64,000 nt of DNA from Amoebidium appalachense (lineage: Eukaryota > Protista > Ichthyosporea), in assembly GCA_963693365.1 (NCBI GenBank), contig CAVNZM010000012.1:6212889-6276888 (forward strand), in the 5' to 3' direction. The translations under genes were made by a program, and so were the position numbers. Under the pieces are notes generated by a model. That model was not told the origin of the DNA. It saw nothing but the letters and a program-made list of their open reading frames with translations, and ran no database searches. Positions 20,068-41,782 of the stretch are shown piece after piece (position 1 is the stretch's first letter; each line of letters starts with the position of its first letter).

Positions 20068-20998
20068 CGAAAGGAAAAAAGGAGGGGGGGGGGGGGGGGG
20101 GGGGGGGGGGAGGGGTTGAAAATTCAGTCTGGTTTCTCCAGCAAGTTTGTAATTCCTCTTCCCCCGACAGTTACAAGCACACGGTAATCCCAACACCTAA
20201 CCTCCCTTCTCTCCCCCCTACCCCCCTTTCCCCTCCCCCTCCCCCTCGCGCACGCACGAACGCACGCACGCACACACGCACGCAGGCACGTACGCGTGCA
20301 CGCTCGCACGCGCACACACACGCACTCATTGTGATGCACACCACGCACATACACTCAGTTGCTCCTGGGAACTCTGATGTAAACGTTCGAAACCTATTTC
20401 ACTAATTGCCCGAAATCCTTTTTTTCAGTTATGTTTGACCGCAACATGCCACCCAATGATTGGGATACTTCAACAGTTTATTCACTAGATAAACGCGTCA
20501 ATTTAGCCGCAAAAGGAGTGCCTTTTTTTTTTGTTGATATTAGGCTCCTGGGGCACGGTACCCATCCAATGTAAACGCCGGTAAGCGGGAAAAAAAAAAA
20601 AGAAAAAAGAAAAAAAGAAAAGAAGAAGAAGAAGAAGAAGAAGAGAGTCTGACGCGCAGCCATTTCAGCTGCAGAATGCCACCAATTTCCATGTTTAATT
20701 ACAAGACTCAAAAGCTTATGTGGTTTTCTGCTTACGAGAGCAAGGTAGAACACTTCGAGGGAAAAGACCTAGTTGTTATAGGCGACCAAAACACAATAGT
20801 AAATGGTTGAGCAGGAATCATATCTATTATTGACATAGCTAACTAACTTAGTGACCACAAAACCCCACAGTGTACATGCTGCTGCATTGCCCGTGCAGGC
20901 CACGTCAAGCCAATGCAAAACAGTAGGGGAGGTTCCTGTCGAAATCCACAAGTTGCCGAATCTGAACTGTGTGTGTGTGTGTGTGCGTGCGCGCGCGC

Positions 20999-21031
<33 letters not shown>

Positions 21032-21263
21032 TGTGTGTGCGTGTGTGTGTGCGAGCGTGCGTGCGTGCGTGTGTGTGTGTGCGTGTGTTGGTGTTTGTGT
21101 GCCTGTGCCTGTGCGTGTGCGTATGCGTGTGGTTGTGCATGTGTGTGGTGTGAGTGGGTGTGTGGCGTAACTATCAGTAAATGGGTGTGTATGGCAGAGA
21201 GGGAGGTGTAGGTGTGTGTGTGTGGGGGGGGGGGGGGGGGGGGGGGGAGGAGGGTGGGGGGGT

Positions 21264-21390
21264 TTTGAAAGCGTCAAAAAGTACGAAGTACACAAGAACA
21301 AACGGATAACACGATGCAGAATGCAAGCCATACATAAAGAGTATGCATAATAAGCAGAGCCCATCCTCAGGGGGGGCCCACGTCATCCAC
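21264..21390 (-). repeat. Dispersed repeat family R1 copy (intergenic)
   Basis: Minus strand reads GTGGATGACGTGGGCCCCCCCTGAGGATGGGCTCTGCTTATTATGCATACTCTTT...TACTTCGTACTTTTTGACGCTTTCAAAA then a C-rich tract. Confidence 0.85.
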
Positions 21391-22381
21391 AGTACCCGAG
21401 TTTCGACCTATTCCCCTCGTTAACGAAACCCAACTCAGATACTGTTTCACTTGAACATGAGTAGGTCACCCGTCTTGATCAGAGACGAGCAGGGTTGCTT
21501 ATGCAGGCAAGGGCAGTGGGAAAGGCCGGGGGTTAAAGTTGCAGCAGTAAGCAGAAGCAAGAAAAATATAGATAGGAACTCAGGAGACGGGGCTTCTAGG
21601 AAGCTCCCCCGTCGATACCTAAGTCGATACTTCCCTGGCTAACATACTACACCAGCTGAAAAGAATTAAGTCCCGAAGGCCACAGAATTCGTAATCAGAG
21701 GGGAAAATATGAGATTTGACCCACGCCGCAGGGTAGTAACACGCTTACTAGGGCGGAACTTTATCGTCTTCGAACGGAAAGCTATGCCCCCGGATGTCAG
21801 CCGGAAATATGGTATCACCCATTGCTTTGGGCTTGAAAAAAGCCAAACCGATAGTCCGAGTTATGTTACGCCGGCGGGTAACATGCCGCATGGGTTCCAA
21901 GGGAGCTGTCGCCAACAGAGCGGTGTGTGCATGCGTGCGCGTAACGCAATGTGTGAAGTGTGTCTATAGCTATGAAAGGGGGTATGCAGAAGTGGACAGA
22001 GGAGGGTGGGGGGGGGGGGGGGGGTCTTTGAAAGCAGGCATGTGCCCCTTTGTAAACGCATGTTTGCAATGCCATGTGAGTGACGGGTACAAGTGCATGT
22101 GTCTTTTCACGTGTATATAAGTCAGTGTGGATGCTCATACAGGTTTGACCGTCAGTGGGCCATTTGAGATAACAAATTTAATTGCCAAGAGTCAAGTTTC
22201 TAAATGAGTGCGTGTTGGTGACGCTAATAGAGAGTGCAGAAATCTTTACCTGTGTGAGTCCTGTTAGTTTTTCTAGCAGTATCACCGGCGGCACCAGTTT
22301 GGTGAGAGAAAACCACGTGCCTTTTGCATGGATGTGAAGAATGCAAACCAACATTGTTGATTGTACATCTCGAACCACCCC

Positions 22382-22417
<36 letters not shown>

Positions 22418-22692
22418 ACCCCTCTTACCCCTCCAAAAAAAAAAAAAAAAGAAAAAAAAGAAAAAGAAAAAGAAAAAGAAAAAGAAAAAGAAAAAGAAAA
22501 GACAAGAATGACTTTGAAAACATAAATAAAATAAACTATTCTGCTTGTAACACAGTGCCTGATACCGGCATTGTTGGGCGGAAAAGCAAAAGAAGGCCCT
22601 TAATGCATAGAAGAGCGCACGGGAAGAGTGTAGGTGGGTAGGTGGGTGGGTGGGTGGGTGGGTGGGGAGGGGGGGGGGGGGGGGGAGGGGGG

Positions 22693-22723
<31 letters not shown>

Positions 22724-22972
22724 ATCGAGGTGACCATTTTCTGTTTTCTTTTTCTTTTCCTTTTGCCATTATTCCCAATCTTATATTTTTCCACCGTTGG
22801 TTTTTGGTTCTTTTTAAAGCTTCTTCTTCTCTTGTTTTTCCTAGGAATATAAATGGGGAGGTGAGTGTGGGTGTCCTTTTTTGGGGGGGAAGGGGGGGGA
22901 GGGGGAGGGGGGGGATGATGGCAATTTGCGCATACCTTTTTGCCTATGTACTGACTGGTGTGAGGAACATCA

Positions 22973-24737
22973 TCATGTAGCACCGAGAGGAAGGGTCGGG
23001 ATGGAAAGAAGTGCATCTTTGACCTCTGGGTAGTGACTCCATTTGGATGCGAGGAAAAGGAATGTCCTCGGGGGTTGCGGCTGCCGAAACCTTTCGTCTT
23101 GGAGCAGCGCAAGCAGATCGTTCCCAAGTCGCTCAGAGAAAGGGGTGGGTTCGCTTTCGGGGGAAAAAACACATAACAATCTCGCGCGCAGTGTCGGCAG
23201 GAATGGAACACGATGAAAACCACTGCAGGAGGGTGGCTTGCAGGGAAATGTTGTTCTCTGCTTCCTCCTGTTGGACAGGCCAAGGTGACCACCCTGACAG
23301 TGAAAAGTCGTGCATGAAGAAATTGCACATATACGCCGAGAAAACAGCCGACGTCTTTTCTAAAGGCATGGCTTCACGTACAAAGGAAACTGCTCTCCCC
23401 CCGTCGCTCATTCGGTTTGCTTCAATGTGTGCACTGACCTCCGCAGCTGCTTGCAAGGTGGCCCTTTTTGAGGTGTCTTTTTCTTTGGACAAGCAACTTC
23501 CGAGCTTTCGTCTGATGCCAGGCTAATTGCTGTGGTGTCCGTGTGCCCAAAACAAAGCGCCAACCTCCCGATGTGCGCGAATCCGGCGTTAGCCAAACAA
23601 CATCTCGTCGGCGAAAAACGGGGGCTTAGAGTGCGCACTGTTTCTAGGCCACATACACCCGCAACCAACGTTGTTAGTGAATCACCCATCTTTTCAGGTT
23701 TCGGGCACCTGACGGAAGCAGGAACGTGCTAAACATCCTACGTGCCCCTGCCTGCACAGGTTCTTCCGCTACAATCACATCTGCAATGATGTTAGCTGTA
23801 GAGTCACCTATTCCACGAAACAGCTCAACAAACACACTGGCCCGCAAGTCCCAATCCGAACATGCTTGTCTTGACTCAGAAAGAAGAGAGCGTGAAACCA
23901 AATTCTCTATGTGAATCCATTCGTGATGGAGCTCGTCAGCTTTACTCGGAAGAAGAGCGGAAAGGGGAGGCGGAAAGACGGGAATGCACGAGGTTAATGA
24001 AGGGCAATCGATCATGTTTCCGAATTCCTCGTGGCTCATGTTCAAACCACTGGCGACAGTTTGCCAGCTGTCCCTCGTAATTCTGATTAATGCAAGTGCC
24101 CTGTTGCGTGAGGCTATTTCACCGCGCCAAAATTCTCTAATGGCTAGAAGCCGAATCTGCTTGCCCAACAGTCCGGGGTACTCTACAACGGGAAACCTGA
24201 CTACTCTGCCACTTCCGGAAAAGCTGACACGAACGACGAAAAGCGAGGATCCGCCGGCACATCGGTTGAGTCCCAGGAGTGCTCGATGTCGTCGCTGGAC
24301 ACGTCAGGAAACACAGAGAGAAGACTTGCTTGGCCGTACACAAGTGCACAGTGCGAGGCAATTGTCACAATCAAAAGGAAGAACTCGAAACGCCGTAAAA
24401 GGAAACGAACAACCTCACGGTATCCGAAAGAAGCAGCAACACACATATAGGCAGGGTGCTGGGTGGATTTGGTTTTGTCGTTTGGTGGCTCCTTGCCGTA
24501 TAGTCTGGTGAGAAGGAGGAGGACTCGCTGTTCGTTCAAGCAGGGGTGTGCGTTCCAGTATGCCAGAGGGTCGGCAGAAACTCTTTTGCGCCAGACTTCA
24601 GAGGCAACTGCTGTGAAGCGCTTGCACGTAAGAGCAAGACGGAGCAGGATAGCGTCATCGCTTTTGCTTGCTAGCGTGAAAATGTGAGCAAGAGTTTCGT
24701 CTGAAAGGCATAAAAAGGGGGGCGCGGAGGAATCCAT
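22973..24737 (-). pseudogene. Intronless F-box protein gene with ankyrin-like segments, broken by >=4 frameshifts
   Basis: MDSSAPPFLCLSDETLAHIFTLASKSDDAILLRLALTCKRFTAVASEVW is F-box-like; MCVAASFGYREVVRFLL is ankyrin-like. Coding-like sequence continues through overlapping ORFs 24168-23674, 23689-23408, 23492-23133 and 23179-22973 with no microsatellite introns. Confidence 0.7.
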
Positions 24738-25021
24738 TTTGAAACTTCTCTCTTGTTGCACTTGTATTGTCTTTTTCTTCGCATCAAATTGGGTGTTTTT
24801 GTGCCTTGCAAGGTTTTGGATGCAGTAATGTTCTGTGCCACCAGTCGCCAAAGCCTCGGAAGTTCAAGTTGTGAGTGTTTCTGTAAGTCTAACAAACAGA
24901 AATTTATACATACAGGTGTCTAGATCTAAAAGCCTCGAATCCAGCAGTCTTCAAGTTGTGTACAGTACTGAGCTGTACAGTTGTTCGTTCTTTTGGTTCC
25001 TTTGCTTCCACCGTAACACTC

Positions 25022-25110
25022 AGTGAGTCAGTGACACGGCTACCCGTTTTTTGCCCACAGCTTGAGATCACTGATTGGTGATCTTTTCCCGCGCCTGACG
25101 TGGATTGGAC
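25022..25110 (-). promoter_or_regulatory. Motif cluster upstream of the F-box gene: TGAGTCA, two CCAAT, TTTCCCGCG (E2F-like), TGACGTGG
   Basis: All motifs fall within ~90 bp, ~300 bp upstream of the ATG. Confidence 0.4.
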
Positions 25111-25335
25111 AAGACAGAATCATTCGGAAATGTGCAAAACAAATATACGAAATTAGATGCAGTTATTTAACTTTGAGCTCTGAAGTTGTTCAACCAGGCG
25201 TTATCCTTCAAAGTTATTACATACAAACTCCTAAAAAAAGAAATAGGTTTCATAAAAACGTAGTACAGCCTACCTTCTAAGTTTCGGTTCATGTGTACGA
25301 CAGTACTGTGTCTCCTCGCCCCCCCCCCCCCCCCC

Positions 25336-25387
<52 letters not shown>

Positions 25388-25506
25388 ACACACAACCCCA
25401 CGGCCCTCCCCACACCCCTCGAGCCCCAGTGGACGTGCTCCATGATTTTTTCTAGGATATCTCACCTCCCATCTTCTTTTCTAGTTATTAATCCAGGGCT
25501 TACCGC

Positions 25507-25537
<31 letters not shown>

Positions 25538-25565
25538 GCACGCACACGCGCGTGCGCACACAGTG

Positions 25566-25638
<73 letters not shown>

Positions 25639-26722
25639 ACAGCCGCGGCCGTGATCCCCCCCCCCCCCCCCCCTGAAAACTCCCCCCTTGAAAGTCCTTC
25701 CTCTTCCCCTCAAACACCCACAGCATACCCCCCCCCCCCCCCCCCCCCCCCCCAAATATTAAGCTTACCTCCCCCGTACCCTCAGAAACTCAAGCCGTGA
25801 GACATTCATCGGCCGCCTTTTGACCAGTGCACGTGCAAATAAATCATGGGAAGACAACATACTGGGAAGATACACATGCCACAACACCTGTGGATGCACA
25901 CAACATGGTATCAATGACATATAAGAACAACACAAAACTTGCGGCGAGCCAAAAATTTATAAATCAACACGCTGATGTCTACACAGTTATGCGTATACTC
26001 AGATATAGCAACACAACTGTTACAGTGTTGTCATGTGATCCATTGGAATGCACGACAAATCAAACGAATACACTAGGGTGTTAATTAAAGCACCATGCCA
26101 CACACACTGTTTATGATATTCCTAGCACAGACCTGAAGTTGGGCCAGGTTGCTATAATTAATGAACGTGACGTGTGGTTGGCTTTAAGCCTTTTGAGTTG
26201 CTTGGGTACTGAGGGTTTGCAAACGTAATATGTGTATGTGCACTTTTATTGACTCGCAATCGTAGTTGCTTTTCTTATTTGTATCAATGAAAATAAACAT
26301 TATATATAATCGAAGTTTATTGCAGTTAGTCTACGACAAGCCACTTACGGTGCGGTGCGGCTGGTCCAGCCAACCCAAAACCTGCCTTTTACCATTACAA
26401 TACTTCTCTTAACAGTTTTGATGTGAACAGAATTATGCTTGCATGCGTACAGTTTGCTACTGATTTGTTACGTATATTACGTTTTTTATACAACAGTGCT
26501 CATTCGTACATTATAATCGAGACACTTGTAATTTTAACTCGATCTGCATAATAGAGAACCACGAAAAATAAATAAATAAATAAAAGAAAAAAAAGAAAAA
26601 AAGAAAAAAAAACAGGGAGAGCGAACGAGAAGGAAAGAAATCCAGTGTCGAGAGCGCATCGACAAAAAAATGTGCAGTGTTTCATTCAGGAGAATTATGG
26701 GGGGGAATCCTAACAGGGTGAC

Positions 26723-26756
<34 letters not shown>

Positions 26757-27041
26757 CGTGGCGGTGATGCCGCAGGGGGGGGAGGGGGGGGGGGGGGGGG
26801 GGGGGGGGGTTGGTATGGTAATGATTGGCATCGTCAACACCGTGCAAATCAAATCCCGATGCAATCCCCATTCTCCTTCGTGCGTTCAAAATGTTGGTAC
26901 GCACAAAAAAAGTAGGGACCGACAGAAAGAAAGAGGAAATGGGGCCGACTCCTCTTATATATCACATAACACATCTTTTCGTAACTCCAGGCAATTACAA
27001 AACACAGCGCCTCCGGTAATCATAGGGTCACCGTGCTATTC

Positions 27042-36717
<9,676 letters not shown>

Positions 36718-37774
36718 TCTCACAACCCCTACCAACAGTGTCATGTGAAAAAAAAACGAATTAAGGCAGATGTAAAGCCGGCGTCTCCGAGTATGCCTGG
36801 TTAGCCCAAGAAACAGCACTAACGTGGGTGCCCATTCACAAAGTGTGGCGAAAATTCGACGTGCAAGACGATCATAATGCTGTCCATACGTGTGTGCAAC
36901 TCTATTCAAACATCGCAAGTAGGTCAGCACTGATCTGATGCTCTTTTTTGGTTCTTCTTTGCGGTTTTGTATTCATGTTGAAGCACGTGCGTATAAGAAG
37001 CAGATGCAAAACAGCTATATAACAAAAACACAATGATTCATACGATAATAATGTATTCTATGCGTAAATATAACAAAACCTAGCACTGTTACTTTCACAA
37101 GTATGTACTGAGGGGAGCCTTGCACTTGAATATACTATGCAAAGGGTTTACATTTTACTCCCTCACTCAAATCATGAGCCAATGGCGAGGTAAATACAAA
37201 GGGCACAACCAGACTGTCTCACGGGCAACAATGCAGCGGTGTCGCGGGCACGTCGTTTTAAAAAACCTTAACCACCGTTTCACGTTTTACTAACCCTACA
37301 TACTATTTAAGATCCTCCTCCTACCTTGTCTTGTGACCGGCCTGGGGAAAAGGAGAGCATCATAATACACAACACGTTTACAAGTCGTAATGGTGCAGAA
37401 TAGGCATGTCTCTATATATAAACGAGGAAATAAGTGAGGCATCAAGAGTTCTATTACTTAACAAACAAAAGAACATGATTCGATAACAACACTTTTTCTT
37501 TGTATCGACAGAGAAGAGTCGATAAATGTCACTACCTGTATATGCCGGATCTATAAATCCCCCAACACTCCGCTCGAACCATTTAAACTCAGCAAAGTAT
37601 GAAGTATGGCTGAAAGTGTGCCTTTTATTTTATATGCAAACAATAAAATTTTTAAGAAAATGGGTATTCAAAAAATTAATTATTATTTGATTATAATGGC
37701 AATAATGAAAAAAATGTGAGCATGCATGATGACGGGGGGATTGTCATTCCTAATATCAATGTAGCGCCCCAAAA

Positions 37775-37885
37775 ACTGTGACGTCATGCAAATGGGGGGC
37801 CATGCAAACTGGTATGCCGGGGACCCGGGTTGAATAAAGCACTGAAAATGTCGAAATGTGTGTAATATAGCATTTGACGTGAGAG
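37775..37885. promoter_or_regulatory. Candidate bidirectional promoter between DGK (-) and CHMP1 (+), CRE-like TGACGTCA / TGACGTG
   Basis: Divergent gene orientation; repeat-free region with a palindromic TGACGTCA near 37779 and TGACGTG near 37875. Confidence 0.3.
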
Positions 37886-39202
37886 CAGAGTGACATATTT
37901 ACAAACACAATGATATTCGCTCTGCGTATACGTAAACATAGCACAGAAATCCATGTACATACAGACCTCAGCAGTCTGAAGCTTGGCCTGTGGCTCACGG
38001 TCACCTTATGAGGTCATTCGCATCCAATCAGACTGTATCATAAATTGCCATATAAAGATACCGCTTAGATCTTCGCTGTGGCCTCTGCGAGCCAGCTTTT
38101 CAAGCGAAAGTTTGTTTTTCCCCTCGATCGCGAGCCAGCTGTGGACGTCTGTATCTACTGAGTCTGTGTGGTCAGCAAACCTTCGTGATAGCATTCTGAA
38201 CCAAACTTTGAAACCGTTTTTTAGCAACCAACCCCTCACGAATTTCCTTTTTTCAAGTTTATATTGGATTCCAAAAACCATGTAAGTTTATCCTCGACAC
38301 TGTTTTCTTCTAAGGCTTCAACGATGGCTAAGATCCAAGGGCTTTACCTATACACTAGGACTGCCTTGCTCTCTTAGGACCTTTGAGTTTCATGGTGCTC
38401 ATAATTTTAGAGCTCCGTATCTCTTTTTATTGTTGCACTGGACGATATACATCCCCTTCTTCCCCCCCCGCCCCCCTCCCCTCCCCCGCCCCTCCCTCCC
38501 CTCCCCCGCCCCTCCCTCCCCTTCCCCTTTACCAGAAGACTCTCCTGTCCCCCCTGCTTTGTGCTCTTCCTTTGTTTTCATACCCAAGTGTTCTCTACTG
38601 TTTTCCTACTCGTTCCATCTTTTATTCTCTACATAAGCTCTCTATTGCTCACGTCATGTCATTTATCCGCCATGTTCGCACTCCCTCTTTTTAGGACTTC
38701 CCTTCTTCTTAGACTTATCTTCCTCCGTCGTTTCTGAGATCTCAAGAGCCTGAACTGACCAGACACACCTTTCTACCTTCCTGATCTTTAAGTTTCTAAC
38801 CCTGACACAGTTTTTTGGTAGCCATGTTGAATTTTTTTGTTCGCGCTACTGCAACTGTCGGATCTCTTCCTTTTCCCTTTCTCCTCACTTAGCCCATAAA
38901 TCATTGGGGTGGGGGAAGGGGGGGGGGGGGGGGGGGGGGAGGGGAGGGGGGGAGGGGGGGAGGGAGGGGGGGAGGAGGTTTTCTGTCGTGCACGTTGAGG
39001 TGAGAACATAAGTGGTGGGGTTTACCTTTTTTTTTTTTTGGTGCCTTTAAGGAAGCGAGCAGTTTTTCAACTAAGGCTTTGTTCTTTTCAGAAAATGCTT
39101 CTGAAACAAGGTTTTTGCAAGGAGTTCTGACTTCCCCACCACCGGCAGAGAACCACTTTCCCTGGTTATCAAGGCTTTGCTGGCCTACTACAATCTATCA
39201 AG

Positions 39203-39845
39203 ATGTCGATGAAACAGATGGAAAGCATCCCTTTATACAGCCTGGTTAAAAAAAAATGCTGTTGTTGTCTCCCTCCCCTGTGTACACTAGATGCGTTGTT
39301 TGGGTTAGCGTGACAGGGGAAACTATGTTTGTTGGATAGCTGGGCAGATATGCAGTGAGAATGGGGCTGCATATGTGTGGTGGTGGTGGAGGGGGGGGAG
39401 TTATATGCACAGTACAATCCCCACAAACACACACACACCCCACCACCTCTCTTCTCCCCTTGTTCCCCCTTCGCTTCCTCACCTACAGAAGCCTCACCCC
39501 TTTTGCCTCTTTTCCCGCCCCTCCTTTCACGTACTGTTCCCCGTCCCATCAGCACCCTGATTCTCCCTAGACAAACTGTTCTTGTTGGCTTGCATTCACC
39601 TCTCCTGGCTCTCTCCTATGGGTTGTATTTTCCTGTTTATTCCTTGACCAAATAAAGATGCCTTGTTCAACCTCAAGCTGTCGGCCAAGCAGATGCAGCG
39701 CATGTCTGTGCAAGCCGAGAAACAGGAGAAACTGGAGAAGCAGAAGGTCAAGCAGGTATGCCTGCCTGTGTGTGGCTGTGTGTGTGGTGGTGGTGGTGGT
39801 GGTGGCGGCAGTGTGTGTGTGTGCGGATGTGGGTGTGGGTGTGTA

Positions 39846-39901
<56 letters not shown>

Positions 39902-40624
39902 TGTGGTGGCTGTGGTGGGGGGGAGGGAGGGGGGAGGACGACTGGTACAAGGACATTGTTCTGTTTTGCTATTCTGGTCGTTGTATGTGCATGCGCTGTT
40001 TTTGCGTGTGTGCGTGCACGTGCCTTTTGAAGGGGAGGGGAGGGGGGGGGGGGGGGGGGGGAGCATGTGGCATACTTACAGCTGCCCACCTTGGCTCCTT
40101 ACCCCCACCTCCAGCCACCCACTGCGTTCCCGTTGTCAGGTTTCAGGTGGAGAAGGCTTGTAGGTGGACGAGAGACCGGAGATCTTTATGATTATACTCT
40201 TGCATTTCACACGAACCGGGAGCGGGGCTTGTGTGCGGGGGGAGGGGGGGGGGGGGGGGGAGGAGGGGGGGGGGGAGCGGGAGAGGGGGAGTGTAGGGGG
40301 GGGGGGGAGGGAGGAGAGTGGAGGGGAGGGGGGCGGGAGCAGGGGGGGTTGGAGAGGGGGGAGGGGGAAAATGAAAGAGAGTGGCAAGAGAGAGAGGTCC
40401 GGGGGGGGGGGGGGGGGGTTGTTTTGTACATCGAGCATAGGCCTAATCTCCTAACATAGTCAAAGATCTGGAACACGGGCAAGGGAGCTTTAAATAAGTG
40501 ATCACACCCAAGTTTCAATCTAGTATATGTGTGTTGCACACACACACACACACACACACCAACACACACACACGCACACACACACACACACACACACGCA
40601 CACACACACACACACATACACACA

Positions 40625-40680
<56 letters not shown>

Positions 40681-41747
40681 CCATAGCCAAGGGCAACAAT
40701 GAGGGTGCACGTATCCATGCGGAGAATGCTATCCGACAGAAGAACCAGGCCCAGAACTATCTGCGTATGTCATCGAGGCTGGACGGCGTGGCTTCAAGGG
40801 TCCAGACAGCTGTCACTATGGGCAGGGTATGTGGGGGGGGGGGGGGGGGGGGGGGGGGAGAGGGGGGGACGGGGGAGGTTTAGGAGTGGTAGGCGCGGGG
40901 GGGGGGGGGGGAATGGGGAGGGGGAAGGGTCTGTGGGTATGTGTGTGTGTTTGGGAGGGAGATCCTGGGGTGAGGGGAAGGGGATGGGGGGGGGGGGGGA
41001 GGGGGGAGGAGAGGGAAGTGGGCAGGCGGGGAAGAGGGGGGGGGGGGGGGGGGGGGGGAGTCGGAGGGGCGAGGGGGTGAGAAGTTTGTGTGTGTGTGTG
41101 TGTGTGTGTGTTGGGGGGGGGGGGGGGAGGGAATAGGGGACGGGACGTGATGAGGGGCGGGGAGGGAGAGGAAGAACGTGTTGCAGAGGACGAAATACAG
41201 ATTTAACGATGGGGAACACAATGCATGTTCTCCAAGAGCAGATACAAAGGTAATGCTCAACGGAATGGGGGAATTTGAGGGGGGGGGGGGGGGGGGGAGG
41301 GAGGCATGGTGCAGGACGGATGGGGAAGGGAGGGGTTTGGATGGGGAGGAGGGGGGGGGGGGGGGGGACGAGGTGGGGTGGTTGGGGTTAACGGGTAGGG
41401 GGAGGGGGGTCGGAAGTGGGGTGAAGGACAGGGGTTGGGGGAGGGGTGGGGGGAGAGGAGCAGGGGGGGGGGGGGGGGGGGGGGAGGGGAGGCAAGCACA
41501 CTAATGAATTTCTGGGTCAGGTTACAGCCAGCATGAAGACAGTAGTGGGGAGCATGGAGAAGGCGATGAATGCAATGAACCTGGAGCAGGTATGGGCACA
41601 CACACATGCACATACGAACATGCACACACACACACACACATCCACATGCACACACAGATGCACACACACACACACATAGTCCTCACATACACACATGCAC
41701 ATGGACACATGCACACACATACAGAGAGAGGGGGGGGGTGGGGAGGG

Positions 41748-41782
<35 letters not shown>

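Noticed and set aside
21585-21969. GC hairpin (GACGGGGCTTC-TAG-GAAGCTCCCCCGTC) as a Helitron end, and the 86-aa ORF at 21709
   Set aside because: No convincing CTRR|T terminus or matching 5' end; the ORF has no recognisable motif or splice context.
38006-38285. Short ORFs on both strands upstream of CHMP1
   Set aside because: No recognisable homology; more likely 5' UTR or promoter sequence.
38324-38340. ATG GCT AAG ATC CAA G as first coding exon of CHMP1
   Set aside because: It would need a GG donor to stay in frame; the exon at 39203-39224 gives a better protein match and U12 signals.
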